A stretch of 63,995 bases of DNA, counting the filler, from Ionaspis alba (taxonomy: Eukaryota): assembly GCA_964255285.1 (NCBI GenBank). It is 3 parts of 3 records of this genome, joined end to end, with 100 filler letters (N's around TTAATTAATTAA, not from the genome) between each part and the next. Parts side by side here need not be neighbours in the genome. Positions count along the whole stretch, not along the records: positions 45,155 to 63,995 come from CAXUUL010000278.1; 2 more parts are not named here. The stretch is one strand, 5' to 3'. Below are positions 52,006 to 63,995 of the stretch, piece by piece (the first letter of the stretch is position 1; each line of letters begins with the position of its first letter). A program made the position numbers and the translations under genes. The notes under the pieces are model-generated. The model did no database searches. It was not told the DNA's origin and saw nothing but the letters and a program-made list of their open reading frames with translations.

Positions 52006-52648
52006 TTAGAACCTCTTTCTCTTTACGCGCAGGCGTTTCTGGTGGCGGGATGATAGGGCGTCTGGATGACTTTTGCGTTGGTCTTTGTCCGTCGAATTTA
52101 TGCTTGGAACTGCGAATCTGTTTCGCAATACAGCTAGCGCACTGACACCATGCTTTACGGACGAGATAATCATCTTGCCAATTTCTTCTTATTTGCTACC
52201 GTGATTCAGGTTCTTAGTATCGCCAGTCGCTGATCGAGCAGGAATAAGCTGGGGGCGGTCCAGAGGCTTTATGGCTGCTGGGGCTGGCTGGCTGAGGCTT
52301 GAAATCGCCGTTTGCGGTCATGTCCAACGGGTTCGAGGTGGCCCACCAAATACCCAGCCCGACAAGCACATCTGGGTCATGAACTAGATGGCTGACACTT
52401 TGTTGACGCGGTGTAGAGAATACGTGCTGATCTTTTGTAGTTGTTTGATGCTTCAACTTTGTCTGGCACCAAACGAGGGTTTTCGTGTCGATCACCAGTC
52501 TTTTCATGATGTCTATAAATCTTTCAATCATCCCGAGCATGTCTATCGACATTCAGAGAGATCTGAATAACTTTCCTAGTCTTTCAAGAAGATCTTCTCA
52601 CTTACCAAATCGATATCAATCTCTGTCGATCTCACTCATCACTGCAAC

Positions 52649-53675
52649 ATGTGGTTTCCTATCTCCTTTCTCGTTTTGGGAGCTGCTGCCCTCCCGACGT
52701 CTCTAACATCTCCAAAGGATCTTCCCAAAGTCAATGCAACTGTCCTCCCTACCGGCACTGGCCCTAGCACAAATCTTACCGATGTTCCCTCACGCCATTG
52801 CGGAACCGGGCCACCATCAATTCATCTGGTCGAAGCACATCGATCCCTGCGCGCCGATGCTCTTCACAAACGGGCGATCAACAACAACAGGAAGTACACG
52901 GTGAACACCTACTTCCATGTTATCACAAGCACGGCCAAGTCCAAAGCCATCACCCCTTCTATGATCTCCAACCAATTCGGTGTCCTGCAACAGGCTTATG
53001 CTGCCTCCTCCATCAATTTCCGCCTCCTCGGCACCACAAACACCATCAACGATACCTGGGCCAAGGATGGCGCTGACGCCGACATGAAATCAGCTCTCCG
53101 CCGCGGCAACTACTCCACCTTAAACATCTACTTCCAATCCGATCTCAGCAACATCGCCGCAGGCCAGTCATCCCAGCTGCTGGGCTACTGCACGCTGCCC
53201 ACAAATGTCACCTACGTGCCCTGCTCCACCTGCGCGCCTCGCGAGTACCCAGCGCAGGACTACGTCATGGACGGCTGCAACATACATGCCGGGACCATGC
53301 CAGCGGGTTCGCTCAATGGTTACAACTTAGGCAAGACCGCCGTTCACGAGGTCGGGCATTGGTTTGGCCTGTTGCATACTTTCCAGGACAACACGTGCAA
53401 CAAGGGTGATGCGGGCGATTTCATCGATGATACGCCTCAGCAGAGCGTGCAGACGGATGGGTGCCCGGCGAAGAAGGATAGTTGTCCCGGACTACCGGGT
53501 TTGGATCCGATACATAATTATATGGATTATAGTACTGATAAGTGGTAAGTATCTGTCTCCTATACACTTTTATCTACGAGATCGATGCTTATACGGTTGC
53601 AGCTATGAGAACTTCACCGGCGGTCAGGTGCAGAGGATGCAGAATATGTTCCAGACGTTGCGATTTGGCTATTAA
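52649..53675 (+). CDS. Secreted zinc metalloprotease, family M43 (pappalysin/ulilysin-like, Mep1 type), 2 exons
   Basis: Signal peptide, propeptide CGT cysteine switch, KR maturation site (LHKR-AINN), zinc motif HEVGHWFGLLH and Met-turn HNYMDYS. Intron at about 53545-53601. Confidence 0.95.
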
Positions 53676-54635
53676 GGGAAAGGGTGACATTGTGCATATG
53701 AGTATCAGGCTAGACTGTAATATGACCGGGGGCCGCGAATGTAATCAATTTCTTTTCTCGGCGGGACCTCGATGCATAGTGTGACCGAGAAGTGCGCGGC
53801 CTGGGGAAGTGCATTGGTCGGGTAGGGAGAGTCTTTGTCTTTCTGGGCTGGAAATAGATATCGGGATTGGATAGACTGGTCAAAGGTTTCAAATAGCAAA
53901 GGTCTTCTTTATTGATTCGTGAAGAGGACGTGTGATTTGACTGACTCGCGTCTCCCTTTGGCTGCATGTTCGTGGGTGCTTGCTGATGACTCTAAGGCGT
54001 AAGGTATGCGTATTCCTTCATCGTCAGGACTTTGTCGAGTGAGAAGTGCTTGCATAAGTGGTTTGCTCTACGCACTTGAAGGCCAATGACCAGCCAGGTG
54101 ACTGTCATGTTGCTAAAGATAGTGAAAGAAGCATTCGCCACTCTCTGCCACCGCTCCTTTATTACGATGTGCTTGGAATTAATACCTTGAAACGGCACTC
54201 TGGCCACCGTTAGCTCTTTGTCGCGCGAGGCATTCCGCGGTGCTGATCCGACGAGTTAATCTCTATGATTGGGAAGCGCATGTCTCGTGCGTTCCTCGTG
54301 CGTATGTGGTTGCTAAGCAATCAATTCTCACATGCTGTGAATTAGGATCTTTTTTGATCATGGGGTGATGGCTATAAGGCTATGTTGAATAAACAATTAC
54401 GATTGACGTTCAGCCAGTAGCGGGGACGAAGAGTTCCACTTAGCATTCAGGAAAAGTCATCAAATGTGAGCCAGGAATGATGAACTTATATGGATTGATA
54501 TACTTCCATTCTAGCCAACTCCCCCGAACATTACCATTTGCCAAAACCTACTTTTATTGACATTGTGCTTCCCACGTATATCATACACGGTTATGAGAAG
54601 TATTCAAGAATCCTCAGTTCAAAAAACGATTTCCT

Positions 54636-56920
54636 TCAAAATGCTCTTGCATATACCGCAACGGTATTTGAGGTATATATTCCGCACTCCCCCGTTCCGG
54701 AATTGCACAGCGCACAATTGTTGTCGGGAGCCTGCCCATTCATTAAAGTGGTGATAGTGACGTAATTGAGTGAGCTTCCGCAATAGCAATCCCCTGCTGT
54801 CGTGCCATTGTTGACCGTACCGAAAAATGTTGTGCCTAGTGCAAGACAAGCGGCGGAGCACTGGGCGTTGACGCTCCCCGTGTATGTGGCTTGGAAATTT
54901 GAAAGTACTTTGCCAGTAAGTATCGTGGGTAGACCTATACCCAAACCCGTTAGTATGTGACAAGACGATTGCCAGCTGGAACAATTTTACCGGTCTGATA
55001 GAAGCAACCTGAGACAAAAGTAGTTAGCAAATCGTAAGGGCTGAGCTCCTGCAGGGAGGGATTAAATACCGAGGTATGAATACGTGATGCCAGCTAAAGT
55101 TATAAATCAGCACATTAAACAGGCCTCACTCTCAGATCAACACTTACTAGGACCTCGGGGGCCCGTGGCGCCTGGTGATGCTTGTCAGAAACTCGACGTG
55201 GCAAGCCAATGAAGGGACGACTCACCTGTCAAACCAGTAGGTCCTATTGGACCGGTAGGGCCGATCGGTCCAGTCGGCCCATCTGCTCCTGCTGGTCCTG
55301 CTGGTCCTGCCACACCTGTTGCACCGGGTAACCCACTTAGTCCGCTCACGCCAGTCGGTCCAGTCGGTCCGATCTGCCCCGATATACCGCTTATTCCAGT
55401 AGGCCCAGCCACCCCTTGCGGTCCTGTGGGACCCGTAGGTCCTGCCACACCGTTCAAGCCACTCAAACCGCTGATACCCTGTGGCCCCTGAGGCCCAGTC
55501 AACCCTTGTGGTCCTGTTGCACCTGTAGGACCTGCGACGCCGTTCAAGCCACTCAAACCACTGATACCCTGGGGTCCCTGAGGGCCAGTCAATCCTTGCG
55601 GTCCCGTAGCTCCNNNNNNNNNNNNNNNNNNNNNNNNNNNNNNNNNNNNNNNNNNNNNNNNNNNNNNNNNNNNNNNNNNNNNNNNNNNNNNNNNNNNNNN
55701 NNNNNNNNNNNNNCACTGATACCCTGGGGTCCCTGAGGGCCAGTCAATCCTTGCGGTCCCGTAGCTCCTGTGGCACCTGCTAAACCACTTAAACCACTCA
55801 AACCACTGATACCCTGGGGTCCTTGGGGGCCGGTCAACCCTTGCGGTCCCGTAGCACCTGTCGGGCCCGCTACTCCATTCAAGCCGCTGAGACCACTAAA
55901 ACCTTGAGGTCCTTGAGGCCCGGTCAGTCCTTGGGGTCCTGTAGCTCCCGTAGGGCCTGCTGCACCATTTAAGCCGCTCAGACCGCTAACTCCCTGAGGT
56001 CCTTGAGGCCCAGTCAGTCCTTGGGGTCCCGTAGCTCCCGTAGGACCTGCTACGCCAGTCAAGCCACTTAAGCCGCTCACACCCTGAGCGCCTTGAGGTC
56101 CTACGGCCCCAGTGGGTCCTATGGGGCCAGTGGGTCCTGTAGGCCCTGATGGGCCGGGAGGGCCGTTTGGAGCAATGTTTGATGCGCATACGAGGTTTAG
56201 ATCACTGACATAGAGATCAACAAAGACACACCCGACAGGGTTACCGCCCAGAGAAAAGACTGCGACCAAGGTGTTATCGCTCATTACGCAGAACAGCGCA
56301 TTGCCGTTAAAGAAGTTGGGGTTGACCCATTGGAGAACACCGTTCCGTCCGAGCGAGAAACTTTGCGTTATGGCTAATGGAAGCGAATGTGGTTGTAAGA
56401 TGGTGAAGTTGACATTGTTGGGAGCTGAGTATTGCAAGACAGTGCCGTTGCTCAATAGCCAGAAGAACTCCCCGTTCACTATGGCATAAGTCCCAGCATC
56501 GGCACAAGATGATGTTATTCTGTTGTGAATACCAAGATAACTGATTTTTGTCTGCCGACGATTATTTCTTTTCCGCGGATCCTTGACAGTCAAAACGAAA
56601 GGAGCACCACTGGCAATTGCGGTTGGTCTTGTTGCTGATAGAGACACGGTTTTGATGCTCGAAATCTTGGAGGTATACGTTGTAGTGAGGTCTATACTTG
56701 TCGGCGCGTTCCTAACGGTTATGGTGAGTTGGGGGTTGACTTCGAAGGTCGTATTCGATAGAACGTTTGTGTTAATAGCCACAGTATTTTCATAGACAAG
56801 AACCTTGGTAATTACTCGAGAACATCCTCCAATGGTATGGGTACTGGTCCACGCCAAACCCGGAGCAGCGAGACCAAGAAAGCAGAGGAGGTCGAAGTAT
56901 AACAACGAACGGAGCAGCAT
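54636..56920 (-). CDS. Secreted collagen-like protein: signal peptide, N-terminal beta-rich domain (DUF7908-like), about 90 Gly-X-Y triplets, C-terminal WSC domain
   Basis: Signal peptide [24 protein letters not shown] and an uninterrupted G-X-Y tract at about 56163-55148. Small 3' exons splice to YLGCFYQT|GLP...CSAAC...FFG...CYCG...C..C...CG...AVY*, matching the WSC pattern. Confidence 0.85.
55226..56163 (-). repeat. Coding tandem repeat, 90-nt / 30-aa collagen unit ([30 protein letters not shown])
   Basis: About five near-complete copies plus degenerate flanking triplets, interrupted by gap 55614-55713. Confidence 0.9.
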
Positions 56921-57615
56921 ATCGAGAAGGACTCGCAGAAAGACACTGGAAAGCAGCAGAATAGAAATGCAGAACGCTGGAGCGCAGCAAAACAAATGCA
57001 GAGCGACACATGAGAACATCAATAGTCCAACGCAAACGTGTATAGCAGAAGACGCAAGCAGGGAATCGAGTGGATATAGCGATGTATTGCTCAGAACAGC
57101 ATAAGGAATTTACTGGAATTCGTGATTTATGCATGGATGCATTCCAGCAGGGAGATGATCAACAAACTACTGTGACACGAAAGATTAATGTGTCCTTCAA
57201 AGAGATGCTTCGATGTCTGAAGGATCATAGACAGCTACCAGGAGCTTGTAGACGTATACTTAAGATGATGTTCCACAGTATATAGTTCGATTCGAGGCGC
57301 ATGGTGGGTGTATTGGTAACCTTTGCATTTCCTTCCCTGGCCATGGATGACCATGTGGCGGGCACATGCAGAAAGTACAGTCTCATTAGATCCATATCCT
57401 AGAACGATCACCAACCATGACCAACCATAAGAAGATGAGGTAGTGGATGTGCGCGAACACGGACATCATTACAAAACGTTTGCAGGTCGAGCCTACTTGC
57501 AAGGCTGGAAGCTCTAAGCGAGTGCCGAGGTACAGTGATGGAGGGATCAGTCTAAAATGCCAACCTCTTCCTCGACAAGTACCAACCCATAGAAGTGTCG
57601 CATTCTCCCAGCACC

Positions 57616-58935
57616 ATGGCGGAGCTATATAAGCAAGCGTGCTCTCATATACCGGATAAGATTACTTTACCCGCGACCTGGTTACATGCCTATGAAGAAT
57701 TTATCTCTAAGAACTCGAGCTCAGTCTCGCAGATAGAGTCCGCTTTACGGTCCCTTACATATATCATACCAGGTACGAGCTGGAACTGGTGTTATGATGA
57801 AACGGTAGAACTGACAGTGGGACCAGGACGGTATCGCGAATCCGAAATTGCCTCCGAGTCTCGTCCGTGCTATCCTTTCTGTATTCTATTCCCCCTACTA
57901 ACATAATTCAAGTCTACTCTGGCGTCCAGCTACTTGCCCTCTACCATGATTCCCTCCTTGCAAAAACCATCTCTCGCCTCCCCTCTTCTATCCCACGCCC
58001 GACACCTACGCTCCACAATCGATATACAAAATTCTGGGCGGCTAAATCCTTAGTCTATAAGCGGGTCGCGTTACTGCTACAAACCATCCAATATACCGAG
58101 CTATTATGGGAGATGGCGGCAAAGAGAAAGGGGGAAAAGATCCGTTGGCGTGTAGTCGTGATCCTGGAGATGATCAAAGCAGTGTGCCGAATGCTGCTGA
58201 TGCGCCTCACAAACTCGAGACCATTAGTCAATCCTCCCTTGCCTGAAAGGGAGGTCGATCCTCGGATAGCTGAGGAAGAAGCGCCAGAGAAGTCGCAATG
58301 GAATGGCATGCAGACGCCCCCGATAAGCGAGAGTGGCTCTGAGTTGAGCTGGACTATGCCTCGGACGGGATTGAGCCTACCTACATTACCGGACTCGAGC
58401 GAGATCACCGAATATCTATTGAAAAAGGTCCTGACGGCAGACGATATCAAAGCTCCAAAGCAGCTTCTGCACCGAATGACCACCAATCAAGGACAAATAG
58501 CGGAACTTATGTGGATCACGAGACCAGTAATCTATGCCTTAGCTATGCAAAGGTGGCAGGGGAACAAAAAGAGCTGGAGTCCATGGCTGATAGGCATTAG
58601 TCTTGAACTTGCAGCAAGACAGTTGGCCAAGAAGGATTTGGCTGAACGTGTAGCTGGTGGGTTGAAGGGGCTCACTGGATTGGAGAGGGAGGAGCTCAAG
58701 AAAAGGGGATGGAGCATGGCCTGGTGGACCATGCGAGGAGCCTTTTACGAGAATATTACAAGGTAGGTCATGAAAAGCCTTTTGAGATATCCAGGCACTA
58801 ATACTTCTTAGGAGTTGGATTCAAGCAGTCACCGGAAAGCTCAAGGGAAAACTGCTCCTTGACATGGTTGGGACAATTATCGAAGATTACGATTATCTGT
58901 GGGACGAATACCATTTCTCAACAGCAACTATGTAG
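57616..58935 (+). CDS. PEX16: Peroxisomal membrane protein Pex16, spliced
   Basis: YEEFISKNSSSVSQIESALRSLTYIIPG|RYRESEIASE, TIQYTELLWEMAAKRKGEKIRWRVVVILE and LEREELKKR...RGAFYE...DYLWDEYHFSTATM*. Confidence 0.93.
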
Positions 58936-59330
58936 GGACCTCAAGATGCAAGGGCCTTGGCTTTGATCAATGGCGTTGGGTAATGGTCATGCAAGAATAC
59001 CCTTGGGATCTTTTTGTTGGAAATTCCAGTTGATTTGTCTATATTGTGTATCAATAGATTTTGCGTGCCAGACGACCGAAGCGGATTCAGCCGTGGTTGC
59101 TTCCTACTCGATGTGAAGAACAGTTGGGATTCTCTGCTATGAAACTCGTTTAGCTCAGTAACCCAACTACTGTTTGCATGCTTCAGTTACTGCCCGGTTT
59201 GTGTTACATCAACAGCTTGAGTTCCTGCATCTCCCCCACGTGATTGAGGTAGGCTCATGACCAGCAATGCTGTGGCTTGTTTGAGCATCCTACTTAACGT
59301 GCTCTTGAGTAGCAGAGAGAGCTCAGAGTG

Positions 59331-60557
59331 TCAAAAGACAGCTTCTGCAACAGGCCTCCCAAACCAATTCGCTAGATCATTCGACTCCTCTTCCGTACCT
59401 CCCATTCCTCCTGAAACAAAAAAGTCTGTGACCCGCATCGACTGTTCCTCATCGTCTCCTCTAGGCCAGTCAACCTTGGTAACGCCTCCTTTGCTCTCCA
59501 GGAGGTCTTTCGCCGTGCCCCAGCTGAACCGACATTCGCTTCCCCAACCAAAAAGTGGTTCCATGTTGTTTTTCAGCCATGAAGTGCATCGACCGTCTGA
59601 AGGATACCCGGAGCCCCATCCGTCGGCGGCATCTGCTGGTCCTTCGGCGTTTGGAGAAACACAAGACTTATAACAGACTTCCAAGGCTGCATCTCTGGTG
59701 ACTTTAGCGCAGACCGATGCCGCTGACACACAGGGATAGAGGGAATCGGCCTTCTTGGCGACTGTGATCATCGTGGTTGGAAACATCCTCTCAATCTTCT
59801 TCTGGTATGTCGCAGGATTTCCAATGGTATCAATATATATCTCTTTCACATTCACGCCTTTGGCAAACACTTCTTTGATGAGCTCAATCGTGGCATCCAT
59901 TGCTTGAGCATTGAGATTGTATGATCCAACCGGTTTTAGCATACCCGCAGATATATCCCGTGCCGACATCACTCTCGTGGCCCATCCACAGATCTGATAC
60001 AAATCTGTACCGGGTGCGCACAGCTTCTCCATCAGTGACGATCGCACTGCAGGAGTGAGGACTTTGGAATCGTCGAAATGGTGTATATCTACCAGTAATA
60101 CTCGATGTACTAGCAGGGGAAGATAGAAGAGGCCGTAGACCATGGGACCTTTTGGAAACAATGTTACTACCGAGCTTGTAAACGAGGAAGAGAGAAACTA
60201 CCGAGGACAGGTCCCCTTCCAGCTTCATCAATCCCGAGAACACATTCCGTAGTCAGTTTCTCTGTCATAATCTTTGGTATAGGGGAATGATAGGTGTAGG
60301 ATCTGCCTAGTAAAATCTCTTTCTCATTTNNNNNNNNNNNNNNNNNNNNNNNNNNNNNNNNNNNNNNNNNNNNNNNNNNNNNNNNNNNNNNNNNNNNNNN
60401 NNNNNNNNNNNNNNNNNNNNNNNNNNNNNTGATAGGTGTAGGATCTGCCTAGTAAAATCTCTTTCTCATTTATTGATGGAGCGATGAAGACATCCTTCAC
60501 TGGTGTCTCCTGAGCAACTTCCGGGGATTCGAGGTTTTCCATAGTAGAAATTTTCAT
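59331..60557 (-). CDS. RNH201: Ribonuclease H2 catalytic subunit A, spliced (spans an assembly gap)
   Basis: CVLGIDEAGRGPVL|GPMVYG, FDDSKVLT, YNLNAQA, IYIDTIG, KKADSLYPCVSAASVCAKVTRD and WGSGYPSD. Confidence 0.95.
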
Positions 60558-60659
60558 CTAGTCATGTAACTGTCGACCTCGCACTAGTACTCAACAATCC
60601 GAAAGATGCGAGTCGAATACTGAACTATCGACACATCCAATGTCTCTACTCAGCCGAGG

Positions 60660-60788
60660 ACGCGTTGAGGGAGACGCGCCTGCCAAGAAAATTGTCGTTA
60701 GCGTGATCTCCGCTCATCTAGCGTTGTTTTGATATCTCATCCTCGCTTGCGTCTGGATTATTGAGGGCATCAGGTTTTGTCGACGCGT
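60660..60788. promoter_or_regulatory. MCB (MluI cell-cycle box) elements in the RNH201/MIF2 bidirectional promoter
   Basis: ACGCGT at 60660-60665 and 60783-60788, plus an ACGCG core at 60674-60678. Confidence 0.55.
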
Positions 60789-60889
60789 AGGCCAATCCTA
60801 ACGGCAAAGGTTCCCTCTTCTCATCTACGAGCCATTGAGCTCTTCTATGAATTACGATACTACGCAGAGATATACAATAAACAGTCTCT

Positions 60890-63337
60890 ATGGCACCTTC
60901 ACGAACGCCGGGGCGCAGTAAGCGCGAACCGGATTATTCAAAGGTCGGAGTGGAAGGAAGGTTAGCATAAGCAAAGAACAGCGACGAGAGTCTATCGCAA
61001 GGTATGCTGATGTGTATTAGAAAAACCGGTGTGACCCTTAGAGATACTGGCATTCGCGACGAGCATGGTCTGGAGCCTATTGATGGCATCTTCTCGTCAC
61101 CTGAAAAGTCGCCGTTCAAGCGCAACGGCACTGCTCATGAGTCTACGATCGAGGAGGAGGAAGACATGGATATAGGACAAAGTACGCTCAGTAGCGACAA
61201 AAGTGAACCAAGAGCTCCTATCTGACCCTGCTCCAGGCACCATCCCAGAGCCTACTGAGGTGTTAAGTGCTCGACGAAATGGCAAACCAATATTACCACC
61301 TCCGCACGCCCGATCTCCTATCAAAACTGCCTTGAACTCATCACCGCGACGATCGGTCGGGCCGACATCGTCTCCAGCACGACGTAGCAGTAGTGACACA
61401 CCAAGTCGCGCAATGTCGCATCCGCTCCTCGGTCGAAAGCTCGACTTCTCGACAGGAGAGCCTAGCCAAAGTATAGAGCATTCGCCACGCAAAGCTCGAT
61501 CTTCTGCTTCTCCGTCGCCTGCAGTGAAGAGCGGCAAGCTTAAGCGAAAGGCAGTACAAGGCAAAGAACGAGTATTCGATCTGTCTCTCGAGGAAGATGA
61601 AGAAGAAGGGGAATTGGAACAAAGCGAGGAAATCACAGCAGACACGCTCGGAGCTGGACGTGGCGAGGATTTTGAAGAGGATGGTGTTTTCTATGATGCT
61701 TCGGCGCCTCCGATGGATGACGACGAGTCGCTACATATCAACGGCAACGAGATCTCAGAGGTAGAGGATGAGACTCAAGAGGCGTCTGATCTGGTTCCTC
61801 GAAATACGAAAGCCCAGCCAAAGGGTAAACGTGGGCGAAAACCCAAGGCGGGAGCCTCGAAGCTACAGGAGGTTGAGCCATCAGTCATTGAGGATGACCC
61901 GATTCCTCCACCCAAAGCCATGAAGCGTGCTGGGAGACCCAAGAAGACCGTGCATGTCGAGGAGGAACAACCCCATGCTACGGACGAGCAGCCGCAGCAC
62001 GCTAAAGGCAAACCGGGAAGGAAAGCGAAGCAAGAAGTGTTCCGAGATATAGAAGAGGAAGTAGAGACGGGATCTCCCAGAGGATCGAAAAGACAAAGGC
62101 TCGAATCGGTGGAAGCGACTCCCGTCGAAGCCAAGAAGAAAGGGCCAAAACCGAAAACAAGACCGCCTCCATCGGAAAGAGATCCTAACGCAAAGATCGT
62201 TGCAGCGAAGCGGAGAGACAAAGCACCATCTGCTGAATCTGCAAAAAAGTTCGCTCGACCTAGATCACGAGGTCTGACGATCTCACGGAGTGGCACACCA
62301 GCGGAGGACGATGGCGCCAGGGTGCTCAAATCAGGCCGTACGTCTGTGAAACCCATAGCGTTTTGGCGGAACGAGCGCATCGTCTACGGAGATTCAAATT
62401 TGGATGGCAAAGATCTGATATTACCGGGTATCGAGGAGATCATTCGGACGGAGGAGATCATTGTTCCAAGGCCTAAGCAGGCGTATAGGAGACACGGTTC
62501 TAAGTCCAACACTCGCCCACTAGCAGAAGTCGAGGAGGAGGACGAAGATCAGGAGGAGTGGGAGATCGACCCTGGATATCTACGTTCCGAGGTCATGCAA
62601 TGGGACCCGGAGTTGGAAAGGGGTATTGACGAGGATCCTGAAGAAATTGGTGCGCATACAGTCAGATTGTCCTCTTCGCTCCTTCATACTGATATAGATA
62701 ATAGAGGTGGCTCTTGCACCGCTCTGCCTGGAAAGGCTCTTCCGCGAAGTCAAGGGTTCCGAGTTCAAATACGCCAAAACGGTCACTCTACCTTTCTTCC
62801 ATTCGGGAATGGTTGATCTTCCGCCCGGAGGCGAGAAGAAGACCAAGAATTCGAGGAAGAATCATATGGTTTTCATGGTTTTCTCAGGTCGGGTTCAGGT
62901 CAAAGTCGCAGATACAACTTTCAGTATTGGGAGAGGAGGCATGTGGCAGGTTCCTCGAGGTATGTCGGACTTTCTATCATTGTGCGCGAATTTCTCTATT
63001 ACGTTCTCCATCTTTCTTGTCCTGCCCAGTCCATAGTGCACAAGACATACATCCCCGTTGACTAGCCGGAAACGGTTACTCGGCTCGTCACAGTATACGG
63101 GGGCTCCAGGGAAATGCTGTGTAACCCTCGGCGGAAGAACTTCTTGCCGTGCTCTGCTTCCTTTCTTCTATTTGCCGCGTCCACTTTTAGCGAGACGCCA
63201 CTGATCTTCTTGCCACAGGGAATCTCTACAGCATCGCCAATGTCCACACGCGTGCTTCACGCATCTTCTTTGCTCAAGGTTGCTTTATGACCCCAGAAGA
63301 CGTCGAAGAGGAAACTATACCACCTGGAACCGAATAG
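60890..63337 (+). CDS. MIF2: Inner kinetochore protein Mif2/CENP-C, spliced
   Basis: N-terminal VGVEGR|KTGVTLRDTGIRDEHGLEPIDGIFSSP, CENP-C motif SGRTSVKPIAFWRNERIVY, and cupin GMVDLPPGGEKKTKNSRKNHMVF...WQVPR|GNLYSIAN...RIFFAQG. The last intron is 62960-63218. Confidence 0.93.
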
Positions 63338-63995
63338 TTGGACAGGTCAAACCATGCTTGGTTTCACATTTCGAGAAGGTTGTGGGAAAGGCTCTCAATC
63401 GATACTTGCGACAATCGGCGTCCGGATGGCTGCTAGGGAAAGGCGTTAGACTGGGCGGAATAGTAGCTAAGGAAAAACAGAAGCGCTTACGGTTGGGATG
63501 AATTTGCGTCATCTTCACAGGATAGCTTTGTGCTTGATTGCGAATGGAAGTAATCAGCTTCCGAATTTAACGCTTCTGCTTTATAGCCACCCCCAATACA
63601 TTGTTCTAGCATTAAAAACCCACGTTCTTGCAGACCTATTTCATCACAATAGCACGAAAAACTTCTGGCTGGGTATTTGTTTATGCAATGGATATAACAT
63701 CTACATCTTCTTTCGAAGAATCCTCTACTCTCACAACCTTCCACTCCTCAAACAACTAACCCGAGATCTCCCTTCCAGCTCTCATTCACCACCTACCTAC
63801 CCACTCTCACCCCGAAAAACAAAATGGCCTTCAACCATGTAAAACTTCCACCAGCTGCGTCCTAAGACCGAAACGCAAGCCATGTGCCAGAGCCAGCTGG
63901 AACCAACCCACTACACCTCAACATTACAAAGAGCTGATAAGCTCGCACTTGCGGATCCCACAAGCCAACCAACCTCATCGCCCACCCCTTTTCCC

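Noticed and set aside
61775..62380. 201-aa minus-strand ORF (also 61097-61645)
   Set aside because: Antisense to the low-complexity part of MIF2.

Overview
Eukaryotic, intron-rich genomic DNA from a filamentous ascomycete (Pezizomycotina; a finer placement cannot be made from sequence alone). It is a draft assembly with seven 100-N gaps. Two gaps carry an artificial TTAATTAATTAA six-frame stop linker, and three have duplicated flanks. About 26 spliced protein-coding genes can be modelled. Most are conserved housekeeping genes: a PWWP chromatin protein, SRRM1-like PWI splicing factor, HRD1, an MFS transporter, aldose 1-epimerase, a Zn2Cys6 TF, Sds23, Fmp25, a Ymc1-like carrier, MRP4, COG3, an FBXO21-like F-box protein, CDC50, PEX16, RNH201 and MIF2/CENP-C. 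Two loci stand out. (1) 31779-33419 (+) is a 10-exon gene that the ORF track does not reveal. It encodes a secreted, putatively Kex2-processed precursor with eight C-x8-C loops; four W/F-C-x-x-H-P-x-x-A-x-C-I-P units are each split by a phase-0 intron at the same position. It is a candidate new family of fungal disulfide-loop peptides. (2) 54636-56920 (-) encodes a secreted protein with about 90 uninterrupted Gly-X-Y triplets and a C-terminal WSC domain, a collectin-like architecture, next to an M43 metalloprotease gene. The window also holds an RGS-LOV blue-light photoreceptor and a truncated PaxA/AtmA-like membrane protein at a contig edge. No rRNA, tRNA, CRISPR array or intact mobile element was recognised. 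All gene models were read by eye and need RNA-seq confirmation.
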